This document shows, piece by piece, positions 1 to 11,854 of a stretch of 64,000 bases of DNA. The position numbers and the translations under genes were made by a program. Origin of the DNA: Cyanophora paradoxa CCMP329 (Eukaryota; Plantae; Glaucophyta); NCBI GenBank assembly GCA_004431415.1, contig QPMI01000129.1:124001-188000 (forward strand), read 5' to 3'. Every line of letters begins with the position of its first letter. The first letter of the stretch is position 1. The notes under the pieces were generated by a model, which saw only the letters and a program-made list of their open reading frames with translations, was not told the origin of the DNA and searched no databases.

Positions 1-14
1 GAGGGGGAGGCCAC

Positions 15-1131
15 CTTAATCAAGCCCTTTCCGCTCTTCACCATCTCTGCGCAGGAAAGGGTGGGGGGGTTAGGGACAGTGGTCGCCCCGCGGGCGCCGC
101 ATCGCACCGGGGATCTTGAGGGCCTGGGGGGAGGAGGGGGGAGGTACATGAGCGCGGGAACTGAAGTCGAAAGAAAGAAAGGGAGGGGGTGGACAGTAAA
201 GGCGCACGTCCTTGCCGAACGTGAGGGCGGACTTGCCGAGGCCCTTGAAGTTGCCCTTCTTCAGCATCTGCGCGCCCGAGTCAGCGGCCCCGCCTCGAGC
301 CCGAGCGCCCCTCGCCCCTCGCCCCTCGCGCCTTCCAGTTCTGCTTCATGCCGGCGATGCCGCCCTTCACCATGTTCTGCGCGTCCGATGCGAACTTGCC
401 CACCACCGGGATCTGACCGCGTGCCCGGTTCGCTTCATGACGGGGGGGGAGGACCCCCGGGGAGGGGAAATGCGGGGGGGGGTACAGTACCTTGCTCGCG
501 AACTTGGTGGTCTTGTCCAGCGCTTTCTTCGCGAATTTGAGACCCCCCTTCGCGGCCTTCTTGACACCCTTGAAGCCCTGCGCGCGGGCGGCTCAGTCGG
601 CAAAGGGCGCGCCTGTGGACGGCGTGCCCCTCCGGCTATAGCTATAGCTAGGTCGGTAGAGCGCTGGGCCCTTTATGCAGAGGCGGGGCGGCCTCCGGGC
701 TGGGCCCGGACGGGCCATGGCCGCCGGGCGCCAGCACGCGGAGATCCAGCCCTAGATCATTGCTGTATAGGCCACGGGCACGGATCGGGGGCCTTGGGCG
801 ACTTGCCTTCTTGGCGACATTCTTGACCTTCTTGAACCCCTGCGAGCGCGCGAGCGGAGTTGGTCGCCTGCGCTACGCGATAGGGCAGATCTTGCCGCGC
901 GCGCGCGCGGTCGCGCAGTGGCCGTATGCATAGCCGGCGCCGGGCCGGGGCGGTGCTGGCGCATGGCGCGCTTCGGATCCGGATGTTGATCATACCTTTT
1001 TTACCTGCGTCCGTCCGGCCCGCAATCGCGTCAGGACTTTGCGTGGCGGCTGGCGCGTCTAATCTGATCGAGGAGAGCGGGGAACGGCGCGCCTTCTTCT
1101 TGACCTTCTTGAACAGCTTCTTCAATCCCAT
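15..1131 (-). CDS. Lys-rich amphipathic-helix protein (5' part; continues past the window start)
   Basis: Exons 1131-1093, 1004-996, 839-807, 577-491, 412-332, 267-208, 123-108 and 46-15 splice in frame through GT/GC-AG introns. Product: MGLKKLFKKVKKKVKKGFKKVKNVAKKGFKGVKKAAKGGLKFAKKALDKTTKFASKIPVVGKFASDAQNMVKGGIAGMKQNWKMLKKGNFKGLGKSALTFGKDALKIPEMVKSGKGLIK... Confidence 0.8.
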
Positions 1132-1876
1132 GGCCGGCGCCGCTGACGCGCACGCCTTGCAGGCAAGAGCAATGCCTCGTCAGCAGGTGCACGGGCCCGC
1201 CACCGTGGCCGGCTTGTCCCTCGGAGGCGGGAACGCCTGCGGCCGCGCCGTACGCGTCACGCCCGCGTCGCTCGGCTCCTTCGGAGATCGACTCGGCGAG
1301 GCCAGCTGCAACTGCAGCTGCTGATCGACTCCACGCCGCGTCACACTCCTGGCGTTCGTTGATTGAGCCCGGCCCGCTCGGGTCGTCGCCGGCGCAGCGC
1401 CGCGCGTGCGCGGCTGACGCAGGCTTGCTGCGGCTGGCTGAGCGTCGCAGAACGCAGCCGATTAGCTGCGCATGTCAACAGGCTTCCGCCGCCCTCCGGT
1501 CTCCGGTCCGATCCGAAGCTCTGTGGCCGGGATCCGAGCGCGTTCATCAGAGCCAAATCCGTACCCCCCCAGTTCGAAGTCACAGCTGCGCACGCACGCC
1601 TTTGCATGCATGCGTATGTGGCAATAATAATCGCGATTCGCGAGGCCCTGAGGACGATCGCGAATCTAATAGAGTTAGTACTACGGTAGATCTGCGCATG
1701 CTGCGCGTTGGGCGTCCGCCAGCCGCCCGGCCGCCGCGAGAAGGGCAAACCAGCTGCAGTTAGATCCTAGCTGGCACACTCAAATTTAAAGAAAGGACAG
1801 CGCCGCGGCGCGGCGAGGAGGGGGCCGAGCGCTAGCGCTAGCAGGGTACGGGGAGGGGTGGGGGTGCGGAGCAGTT

Positions 1877-3310
1877 CTAGACGAACGGGGCGGCCGCGCG
1901 GGCCGCAGGCCAGGCCCGGGGGAAGTGCAGACGGAACTTTGGAAGCGGTGGGCGGAGGGGGCGAGAGGGTGAGTGGCAGGAGGCGGACCGGAAGGGAGGT
2001 CCCGGGGAGCCCCGCCTAGGGGCGGAGGCAGGTGGTCTCGCGGGGCGACGGGGGGTCGGCGGAGCGGGGGAGGGGTGAGGGGGACTCGGGGGCGGGGCCG
2101 GAGCGGAAGACGCAGGAGAGGGAGTTCCAGGGGAGGTAGCACGCGTTGCTGCCGGCGCCGGCGACTCAGACCAGATCGGATCGAAGCCGATCGGATCGGA
2201 CGGGGCGGGACGAGGGGCACCTGAGGGTGGCGCATGCGGGCGGGGGCGGGTCGGGCTCGTGGGCGGCGGAGATGCGCCGGAGGGTGCCCCGCGGGGAGGC
2301 CGTCGGCTGCCCGATCCGGTCCAGCAGCGCCGCCTTGTACGGCGAGTCCGCCGACGTCGAGGGGTACGGGTCTGCATCCGCCTGCGCGCCCGCCACCGGT
2401 CGGCGGTCGCGGATGGGCTTCTGGGACCGAAGGGAGGGGGGGGGGGGGGGGGGGGGGCGGGGCGGGGGGGGGGGGGGGTTGGCGGGCGGGGGGCACCGGT
2501 GCCCTGGGGTTGGTGAATGGGAGGAAGCTGGCGCGGACGAGGATGGCGCCACCGGTCCTCCGCCCCCCCGCCTCGATCGGCAGGGCCAGGTCCCTCTGGC
2601 GCGCGGAGCGTCGGCCCCGCGGCCGCGGAGCGCGCCTCGCGGCGGCGGTTCGCGCGGACCGTGTGCGGCGGGTCCAGCAGCAAGCTAAAGTCCAGCGAGG
2701 CGCTCGCCACCGCCTCGCCGCCCTTTATGTGGTCGTAGATCTGCCCCCGCGCGCGCTCAGCGCCGGCCGAGCTGGGCCGGGACGGGACGGCTCGGCGGCT
2801 CGGGGTCCACGGCGCGCGCGCGCGCGCGCCTGGAAGAGGAGACATGGAGGCCTGCCTCGCGCATCCTGTCGGTCTATTTCCCAGGCGTGTTCTAGCTCCG
2901 CCCGACGCTGGTCAGGCGCCGGCGCGGGCTGGCGGCCACGGCCACGGGTAGCTAACACACCTGACGCGCCCGGCGGGGACACGAAAGAGCTCCCTGCAGT
3001 CGCAAGCGGTAGATAAGTCCTGCAAAACCGGGGCGAACTTCCATCAGGACTGGGGACTCGGGAGTCGAGTCGGAGCCGCGACCGCGAGAACAGCGGACCA
3101 CGAGTCCCAGCTACTGCTTGCGAAGTTCACTACGACGATCTTCGGCGCGGAGACACCGACGTTGTTGGCCTGACCGCGAATCGTTCGGCGGTCGCAAGTC
3201 GCAAGCTCGAACGCAGCGCGCACCCCAACCACGTGCAGCAACAGCCTTCCATCCTGTAGCTCTCGCAGCGGCTCCCGGTGCGCGGAGACCGTGCCGCTCG
3301 ACGGCGGCAT
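1877..3310 (-). CDS. Putative C2-domain-like protein with Pro/Ser-rich tail (multi-exon)
   Basis: Pieces LLLHVVGVRAAFELATCD ... ELEHAWEID...CLLFQ|IYDHIKGGEAVASASLDFSLLL follow the C2 beta-strand pattern, and the FQ|IYD junction is a GC-AG intron. Both ends are uncertain. Confidence 0.45.
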
Positions 3311-3529
3311 CGCGCCCGAGCCGCCAGCTGTTCACGTACCCGCCGGAAGCTACCTGGTACGACGCTCTAGCATGCAAGCTTAAGCCTGAGCGCCTCCGCG
3401 CGGTTTGCGATGTTTCCTAGAGCATGCTGTTAGCGACTTTAACCAGTTGCCTGCAGCCTGCACGCGTCTGAATTCGAAGTGCAGGTGCTACGGTAGTGGG
3501 GCGCTAGGGTGAGGCCTAGGCCTAGGGCT

Positions 3530-4711
3530 CTAGAGGAGGGCGAGCTCGTCGGCGACCTCCTCGGCGAGCTCCTCCTCGCCCTGCAGCGCGCGAGAGAGCG
3601 TGAGGCGGCGGAGGGCGGCAAAGGCACGGCGTCGCACCGCGTCGGCGGCGGCGGGGCCGGCGGCGGCCTCCGAGGCGAGCGCGCCGGTGACCTCCACCTC
3701 CTCAGTCTCGCCCTCCTCCTCCTCCTCCTCGTCCTCCTCCTCCTCCTCGTCGTCGTCCTCCTCCTCCTCCTCCTCGTCGTCGTCCTCCTCCTCCTCGTCG
3801 TCGTCGTCCTCCTCCTCTTCCTCATCGTCATCATCGACCATGCCGGAAGCGACAGCGCCGGGGTGCGGCTGCGGCGGCGGGGCCCGTCAGATGCATGTGA
3901 GGCGGCCGCGGAGGGCGGACTCGGGAAGGGAGGGAGGGAGGCGGGGCGGGGCGGGGCGGGGCGGGGCGGGGCGGGGCGGGGCGTGCCTCGGAGTTGAGGA
4001 GGGAAGTGAGGTCGGAGAGCTTGCCGGCCGCTGCGGCGGGGCGTGGCGCGTGAGCCCCGCGGCCTCGTGGCGCCACGAGCTCAGGGGGCGGGGTGCAGCG
4101 CGCCGAACTCGCGGAACTCGATGTGGTCGAGGGCGCCGTTCTTGTCCGTGTCCGACAGCGTGAACTCGCCCTGCGCGCCCCCGCACGCACCCCCCAGGGG
4201 TCACACAGAGAGGAGCGGCGCAGGCGGTAGCCCGGGGGGGCGGGGCGGGGCGGGGCGCACGATGCCGAGGTGGTCGATGACGGCGTGCTCGATGCGATCG
4301 TCCACGTCCGCCTCGTCGTGCTTGTCGATCTGCCGCGGGCGTCGGCGAGAGGCCAAACTTATGTAGCTAATCTTCCTATAGAGGGATGAGCGTTTTTGAA
4401 TTCGAAATGGGAAACGCACGATCTCGTCGATCTCGGCCCAGGTGCGCTCGAACTCGCCCCTGCGCCGCCCGCCCCGCTCGCCGCCGCGGGGCGCTGCGGG
4501 GCGCGGGAGGCCGGGGGCCGGGCGCGCACCGCGGGTAGAAGATGCGCTCGGCGGTCTCGGTCAGCTCCTCGAGGGACGCGTCGGGGCCCAGGCGGAACGC
4601 GCCGGGCTCGACCGGCGCCTCCTCCGCCGCCGCCGCCTGCTCCCCGGCAGGCGCCCGGGCCGCCGCCTGCTTCACGTCGTCGTGCTGGGGGAAAGCGCCC
4701 TGGAACGGCAT
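3530..4711 (-). CDS. Acidic EF-hand-like protein with poly-Asp/Glu tract
   Basis: Exons include FTLSDTDKNGALDHIEFREF (EF-hand loop) and a long D/E tract; the C-terminus is ...AEEVADELALL*. Confidence 0.6.
3711..3837. repeat. (TCC/TCG)n trinucleotide tract encoding poly-E/D on the minus strand
   Basis: Directly visible run of tcc/tcg triplets. Confidence 0.9.
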
Positions 4712-5240
4712 TCTGCGCGGGGCGGCGCGTCAGGCGAAGCCGCGGAACGCATGCAGGCGGCACGGAGGTTTCGTGGCCGCCCGAGCCAAGCGGGGACGTC
4801 GGCCCCTCGGGCAAGCAGCACGCGTCTATATCGACACTGGGCCAGACAACCCCGCGGTGGCTATGTGAACGTCCGCTAAAACCGCAGAGCTCGGACCGTT
4901 GGCCACGCGACGGCGGCTGGGCGCCGTGCGGCAACTGGTGGGGGGCGGGGCCTGGTCTAACGATATATATGGACGATTTCGGCGTATTGGAAGGCAGCGA
5001 GAAAAGCCCGGTCAAGTATTTGAGATCTTGGTCGGCGCGGCGGTTGTCGCGAGGCGACAGTTCGTATCATTCCGCCTCTACTCTAATCTAGAATCTTGCA
5101 CGCGATGTGCGTGCAGCGCGTGCGGCACGAACCTAAAGTTTGACCTGGGGGAGCGGATGCGAGGGGGGTATAGGTGGCTGGGCCAGTGCGTTAAGGGACG
5201 TCGTTGCTCCCTCAGCTAGCGCTAGGTGCAAGGAGCGAGC

Positions 5241-6514
5241 ATGGCGCCGCTGCCCCACCTCATCACTATTCCGATATCGCACTATTGCGAGCGAGCGAGG
5301 TGCGCTGCTCGACATTCGCGCCACGAGACGGCTTGCGCCAGTCGGGAGGAGCACGCACGTACGCGCACTGGCGCAGGTGGGCGTTGGACATCCTCGCGCA
5401 GGCGACGGGCAAGAAAACGTATGTGGAGGAGGCGCACGCGCCGCCGTTCTACAAGAAGCCGGTCAGGGCGGCGGGCGGCAAGCGACAGGTTCCGTTGCTG
5501 GCGCTGCCGCCGTCCGAGGACGATGTGGTGGAGGTGAGCCCGAGCTCGAGCGGGGCGATCGTCGCCTATGCGGACGCGCGTCTGCCGCCGGAGCGCCGCC
5601 TCTACCCGGAGGACTCGGACGAGGTCGTCCGAGTCGGCGAGCTCGAGAGTGCGCGCGCGAGCCTCCGCGCTTGATCTTCAGCTCGAGCTCCCGACCGTGC
5701 CCGCCCGCCGGCAGAACTCTTCGACGAGAAGCTGGGGACGGCGGTGCGGACGTACTGCTACGGGCACCTGCTGGCGCCGGAGAGCGCACGGGCGGCGGAC
5801 CTGCTCTATGTGTGTATGACGGATCGCATCGAGTCGAGCTTCGAGCGCGCCGTCACCTGGGCCGCCATCTACAGCGGCGCCCTCGTCAAGATGATCCGCA
5901 AGGTGCAAGCGCCGCTCCACGTGCACGTCTTCCACACGCGGAACGATCTGATGCTCTGATGCGCGCGCAAGGGCTTCAACCTGACCCCCGAGAGCCTCGC
6001 GGAGGCGCGCCGCACCATCGAGGAGCTCTTCGCCGCGGCCGGCGAGCTCCTCGCCAAGAACGGGGGGTACCTCGTCCAGCCCGGCCGCTTCACGGTGCGC
6101 CCCCGGCCACCGCATGCGCACCCCGGGAGCCTCCCTCGAACCGGGCGCGGGCGCACAGGCCGCCGACTTGACGTTCGCCGCGCTCGCCGCCCCCCTCTTC
6201 CCCGAGCTCAAGGGGTACGCCTACGGCATCTCCGAGCGCATGGGCGAGCTCCCCAAGTGCACAACCCCGGGCGGCTCGTCGCGAGCGCCGCGGCGCCCCC
6301 CTGACGGGGTGCAGGGGGATGGTGGAGGAGACGGCGCGGCTGAGGGCGACCCCCGCCGGCCAGTTCGTCGCCCGCATGTACGGTGCGCCGTACCCCCGCG
6401 CCCCGCCCCGCAGCCCCGCAACCCCCAAATACGAACCGGTGCCCTCCCGCAGAGAAGCACCGGCCGCCCTGCGGCGCCGGCGCCGGGCGAAACGTCCAGG
6501 GCTGGTGCACATGA
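5241..6514 (+). CDS. Glutathione S-transferase family protein
   Basis: Spliced product MAPLPHLITIPISHYCERAR|WALD...QVPLL...SSGAIVAYAD...GRFT|AADLTFAALAAP contains the GST-N S-x-Y-C motif, the cis-Pro VP motif and the GST-C helix-capping FTAAD motif. Confidence 0.85.
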
Positions 6515-6780
6515 GCGAGGCGGCGAGCTACTTGAGTTCTCGGTGCCATTCTAGTCCAGATTTATTAGTGTGCTTGTTATTATTCGCCCATTTCCAGAGA
6601 TTCGTTTGTCTCTGCAACCCTAGTACCTCATGTACAGATTTAAAGCTTCGAATTCCGGCATATTCACTAAAATCACGACACAAAGCGACATACAAACTAG
6701 AAAGCAGGCTCAAGAGGAGAGCATGGGAAAGGCGGGGAGGGGAAAGGAAAGGGGCAGGACTAGCTATAGGGGGCGAGGGC

Positions 6781-9700
6781 TCAGGAGGAGGGTGCGGCGG
6801 GGGCGTCGGCCTCCTTCTCCTCCTCCTTCTTGGCCTGGACGGTGTTGGCGACGGAGAGCTCGGCGAGGGTGCGCGGGTCCACCGGCGCCGGGGCCCCGCA
6901 CATGATGTCCTGCGCGCGCCCGGGCGCTCAGAGGGGGCGAGGAGAGGTGGCGGGGTGTGCGTGGGGGCGGGGGACCTGGGCGGAGGTGGTCTTGGGGAAG
7001 GCGATGACGTCGCGGATGCTGTCGGCGGCGGCGAGGGTCATGACGAGGCGATCGAGGCCGAAGGCGAAGCCGGCGTGCGGCGGCGCCCCGTGCTCCAGCG
7101 CCTCCAGCAGGAACCCGAACTTCTCCACCGCCTCCTCCCGCGAGATGCCGAGGACGGCGAAGACCTGCTCCTGCACCGCCTTGGCGTGGATGCGCACCGA
7201 GCCGCCCCCGAGCTCCGAGCCGTTGCACACGAGGTCGTACGCGTCCGACACGATCCCCTCCAGCGCCGACTCGTCCGCCAGCTTCCCGCTGCCCCACGCC
7301 CCTCAGATCTGACCGGAACGGATGCGGGGCGGGGCGGGGCGGGGCGGGGCGGGGCGGGGCGGGGCACCTCTTGGCGTAGGAGGAGCCGACGGCGGAGGCG
7401 AGGGTCACGAGGTCGCGCGGGCAGGGCGCCGTGAACGGGTGGTGCACGCTCGTCCACGAGCCCTGGCCGCGCCCCCTCAGCCGGGGGCCCGCCGTGGCGG
7501 CGGCCGCGCGGGGCGGGGCGGGGCGCACGTCCGAGTCGCGCATGAAGAGGGGGAAGTCGACGACCCAGACGAACTTGTGGTCGCTTGCCGAGCCCGTGGG
7601 CGCGGGGACGAGGCCGAGCTCCTTGGCGACCTGCACGCGCATGCGCCCCAGCCCGTTGTTCACCGTCGCCTTGTCCCCCGCCGCCACCAGCAGGAGGTCG
7701 CCCGGGGCGGCCCCCGCGGCGGCGAGCACGGCGGCCGTCGAGGCGGCGTCCTCGCAGGCCTTGGCCAGGGGCCCCGCGGAGAAGAGCGCGGGGGCGCCCT
7801 CGCCCTCGCCGGCCCCGACGCGGCCCCAGAGGAGGCCCCCGACCCCGTACTTCTCCTTGATCTGCGCCCCCCACGCGTCCAGCTGCTTCCTCGTCACCTT
7901 CTCCGCATGCTTGATGCAGAAACCTGCCCCCCGCGCGCGCGCGTCAGAGAAACCTCGGCGCGGCGGCGGGCGGCGAGGGGGCTTCGCGCGCCCTTGACGG
8001 CGCCGCCGGCGTCGAGGGCGGAGCGGACGGGAGCGAAGCTCGTCTTGCGGAGGGCCTCCTCGAGCTTGAAGAGCTCCATGCCTGGTGCGGGGCGCCTCGG
8101 GAGGGGACGGCGCGGGCCGGCCGGCGCCCTCGCGCGCACCGAAGCGCATGTCTGGGGCGTCCACTCCGAACCGGTCCATCGCCTCCGCGTACGTCATCCT
8201 GGCGGTCAAGTTAGAGCAGGCGCCGAGGGGGGCGGGGCGGGGCGAGGGGGCACCGTGTGATGGGGGGGATCTCGCGGCCGGCGACGTCGGCCCAGATGCG
8301 GCGGATGGCGCCTTCGATGTGGCCCATGATCGAGTCCCGCGTCGCGAAGCTCATCTCCACGTCGATCTGTTTTCCGAGGAAGCGAGGGGGTGAGCGGAGG
8401 GCGGTACGCGAAGGACCGCCGGGCCACGCGTGCGCGCGCCTGCGTGAATTCGGGCTGCCTATCCGCTCGCAGGTCCTCGTCACGGAAGCAGCGCGTGATC
8501 TGCCGGCCAGCACAGCCCTCAGGAGGGGTTGCGCAGGAGCGGAGTGGGGTACGGCGCGCCTGGAAGTAGCGGTCCATCCCGCCGACCATGAGGAGCTGCT
8601 TGAAGAGCTGCGGGCTCTGCGGCAGAGCGTACCTGCACGTACCCCTCGGCGCTCGGCCTCCCCTGGCGGGGAGGCGCGGGCCGGCGGACCACTCGCCGGG
8701 GTGGACGCGGGAGGGCACGAGGTAGTCGCGGGCGCCCTCGGGCGTCGCCTTCGTGAGGTACGGCGTCTGGGGGGGGGGGGGGGGGGGGGGGGGGTGCGAG
8801 GTCAGGGGGAGGCCCCGGTGTTGGGGGAGCGGGGGAGAGCGAGTGAGGGGGCACCTCGACCTCGACGAAGCCCTTGGAGTCGAAGTAGGAGCGGGCGCTC
8901 ATCATCGTCCGGTGCCGCGCCACCAGGTTCGACTGCAGCTTCGGCCTGCGCCCCGGCCCAGCTCAGCCCCCCCCCAAGCCCCTTCCCAGCGGAGAAAGAG
9001 CGAGCCGCACCGGCGCAGGTCGAGGTACCGGTAGCGCAGGCTGCGCGCGCCCCCGCGGCGCCGGCTCGGCCCCGGCTCCGCAAAGGAGGACGGGAAAGGA
9101 GGGGAAAAGGAAGGGGCGCGCACCGGAGCTCTTCGCTGGCGGTCTCTCCACGGGCCTCGTCGGCCGCGAAAGTCAGCGGGTAGTTGCCGGCGGGGCCCGA
9201 GAAGATTGTCAGCTCGCTCGCCTTCACCTCAATCTGCGCCCCCGCGCTCGCACGAAGGCGGGGCAGAGCGGGCCTGCGCAGCGGCTCGCCTCTCCGGTCG
9301 GCATGTTCTTGTTGATGTCGCGCTCAGCGCGCGCGTAGACCTTGCCCTTCACCTGCAGCACCTGCTCGCGGCGCATCTGCGGAAGGGGCGCCGGCGTCGG
9401 CGCCGGCGGGGCGGGGAAGCGTCAAGGCGAGGCGGGGACCTTGGCGGCGAGCTTTGAGACATCCTCGGGGGCCTTGTCGTCGACCGTCACTTGCACGAGG
9501 CCGTAGCGGTCGCGGACGACGATGAAGACGACGCCGCCACCGACGTCGCGCACGGCGTGCGCCCAGCCGTGCAGCACCACCTCTTCGCCCACGTTCGTCG
9601 CGCGCAGATCCGCGCAGGTGTGCGTGCGGGGGACCAGGGCGGCCGAGGCGCTCTGCTCGATAGCTGCGGGGCCCGCGCCGTGTCAGGCAGGCGTTCGGGC

Positions 9701-10084
9701 GCCTGGTATCGCTTCTCTCGATCGCACCCTTGTCCGGCTTGTTGTCCCCCTCGGTGGCCGACGCCCGGGACGCGGACTGCGCCTGCGCCGCCGACGTGAC
9801 CCAGATCTGGCGGTCGGTCAGAGACAGGAACGTAGGGAACGGGGTGCGCGCGACGAGGCTAGACATCAGGCGCGAACCGGCCGGAATCCCTGCTTGCTGT
9901 GGCGGGCGCACTCGTCGCGCAGCTGGAACTGCCCAGCCCGAGCTAGGCCTTTGTACTCGGAGAAGTGGCGGCCCTGAGCAAGGCTGAAGCGCTGCTCCGC
10001 CTCCGACGAGCCGAGCTGCACTGGAAGCTTCTCCGGGGCGCGCACGGCCGCGGCGGCGGCGGAGCGGGCCGCGCGGATCGACAT
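6781..10084 (-). CDS. aspS: Bacterial-type (organellar, probably mitochondrial) aspartyl-tRNA synthetase
   Basis: Motifs [32 protein letters not shown]|[20 protein letters not shown]|[43 protein letters not shown] and [17 protein letters not shown]...[11 protein letters not shown]. The N-terminus is an R/A-rich presequence; the start codon is approximate. Confidence 0.95.
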
Positions 10085-10283
10085 GTGGGCGGCGGAGGCC
10101 GAGCCGCGTATCGCGGCGACCTGCATCGGTTCGTGACGCGCCTGGCCGATAGCGCCGGCGACGAAGCCGTGCATTCCTTTGCCGGCGCGAGGCGCGAAGC
10201 GCGAGCCGCGCGATATCGGACGGGGTACAGGCACTCGGCCAGGGTTTGCAGGCAGAAAAGCTTGTCACACAAGCTCGCTCGTC

Positions 10284-11320
10284 ATGGATCAGGAACAGGC
10301 TCGTCAGATGGCGTTTATGCTGGAGATACAGTGCCAGAAGTGCCAGGACGACTACAAATCGAAGCCCGAAGACGTCGATGTGCGTGCCGCGTATCGAATT
10401 AACGAACGCGCGAGGCTCCATATGACTCCCTCGACCTTCCATTGCCGCGCCTCCACTCGCGATGCCCGCGCTGCGTCTGACCGGCGCGGTCCCGCAGAAC
10501 CTCCTACTCTGGGGCCAATGCCTGATGGAGCTCTGCATGTTCAAGAGCGGGGAGGAGGCGAACACCCTCATCCAGGAGGCGGTCGAGCGTCTGGAGCAGG
10601 CAGCGATCCTCAAGCCCAACAACGCGCAGACGCTCGCGTCGCTCGCGCAGGCTTACAACATGATGGGTTTCAACAATCAGGACCGCGTGCGCATACGCGT
10701 GCCACTGCCCCGTCGCGTGCCGGTCCGCCGTTCAACAGCCTCAGCTAAGCGCGATTCTCGCCCCGCGCGCAGGACGTGGCGAACAAGTTCTTCAAGATCA
10801 GCGTGGAGAAGATGCAGGAAGCGTGCGATGCGGCGCCGGAGAACGCCGACCTGAAGAAGACCCTCGCGAACCTGAAGCGGGCGCGTTCCGCCCAGGCGGG
10901 GAGGGGCGAGCCGCCCCGCTCTCGCGCTGACGCCTCCGCAGGCGCCGGAGGTGCACGAGCAGCTGCTGAAGACGATGGCTGCCAGCGGCCCCCCAGGCGC
11001 CTCGGCCCCCTCGTCCTCGTCGTCCGCGGGGCCGCGCGCAGCGGCCGGCGGCCGCGGCGGCGACGCGCGGTGCGATGTGATGCGCTCCGCCGGCACCGTG
11101 CGGGCGCGGGCTGAGCGAGCACGTGCGGCGCGCAGGGGCGCGAAGAAGAAGAGCAAGGTCGAGGGCGTGTACGACTTCTTCGGGTACGTCGTCGTCGGCG
11201 CTGCCATCCTCTACATGCTCCGGTGCGCCCCGGCCGCCGCGCCCCGCTCGCAGCTAGCCTGCCCGCCTCCCGCGTCCGACCCGCCCGCGTCGCAGGAGAG
11301 CCACGAGCCAGCCGCAATAA
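10284..11320 (+). CDS. TOM20: Plant-type (C-terminally anchored) mitochondrial import receptor TOM20
   Basis: Spliced product ...DYKSKPEDVD|NLLLWGQCLMELCMF...IQEAVERLEQAAILKP...LKR|APEVHEQ...KKKSKVEGVYDFFGYVVVGAAILYMLR matches the plant TOM20 pattern (YKSNPLDADNLTRWGG.LLEL...IQEAI.K.EEAL...KAP.LH...KKSSD.KYD..GW.IL), including the C-terminal TM. Confidence 0.85.
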
Positions 11321-11854
11321 GGGGCCTGGCGCGGGGGCGGTCGGCGGGCGGCGCCCTCCGCGGGGGCGCCCGCGGTGCGACGCGCTTCCCGTTGATCGCA
11401 GCACTCTAGAGTAAGCGTTAGGTGACTGTAAATGCTTGAGGTTATTTTGGAACACTTGAGTCAGACACTCTTAGATTACTCGCCAGGGCCGGGTCTCGGG
11501 CCCGAACGCCAGCCTCTAGATCTAACGTTAAGCACATATCAGCCTACGTACATATACGTATACATGTGCATGGCAGGGCGCCGACGTCGATTCCGGCCTA
11601 GGCACCGATCCGTACGCGTATATGCTGAATGCGGCGTTTGGGCGTGCGGGCCGGGGCATTGGCTGGTGCGGGGCGCCGGCATTAATATTGCAAGTTGGCT
11701 GGTACCAAAAATGACTAGTACTCTGTACACGCCACACGAACCACCTGTCACAGCATAAAGCATCGATCGACGAAAAGGCCGCCCGCGCCGGGCACCTGCT
11801 TCGAGGAGAGGGCGGGGGCAGGGCCCCCTGGGAGACATGGCCCAGTGGGGCCCC

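Noticed and set aside
590-670. tRNA-like fragments (gctcagtcgg; gtcggtagagcgctgg)
   Set aside because: Only D-arm-like pieces inside an intron, with no T-arm or acceptor stem.
2435-2478. Long poly-G/poly-C runs (also ~8769, ~18075, ~32021)
   Set aside because: These are intronic homopolymers of unreliable length and show no evidence of being a distinct element.
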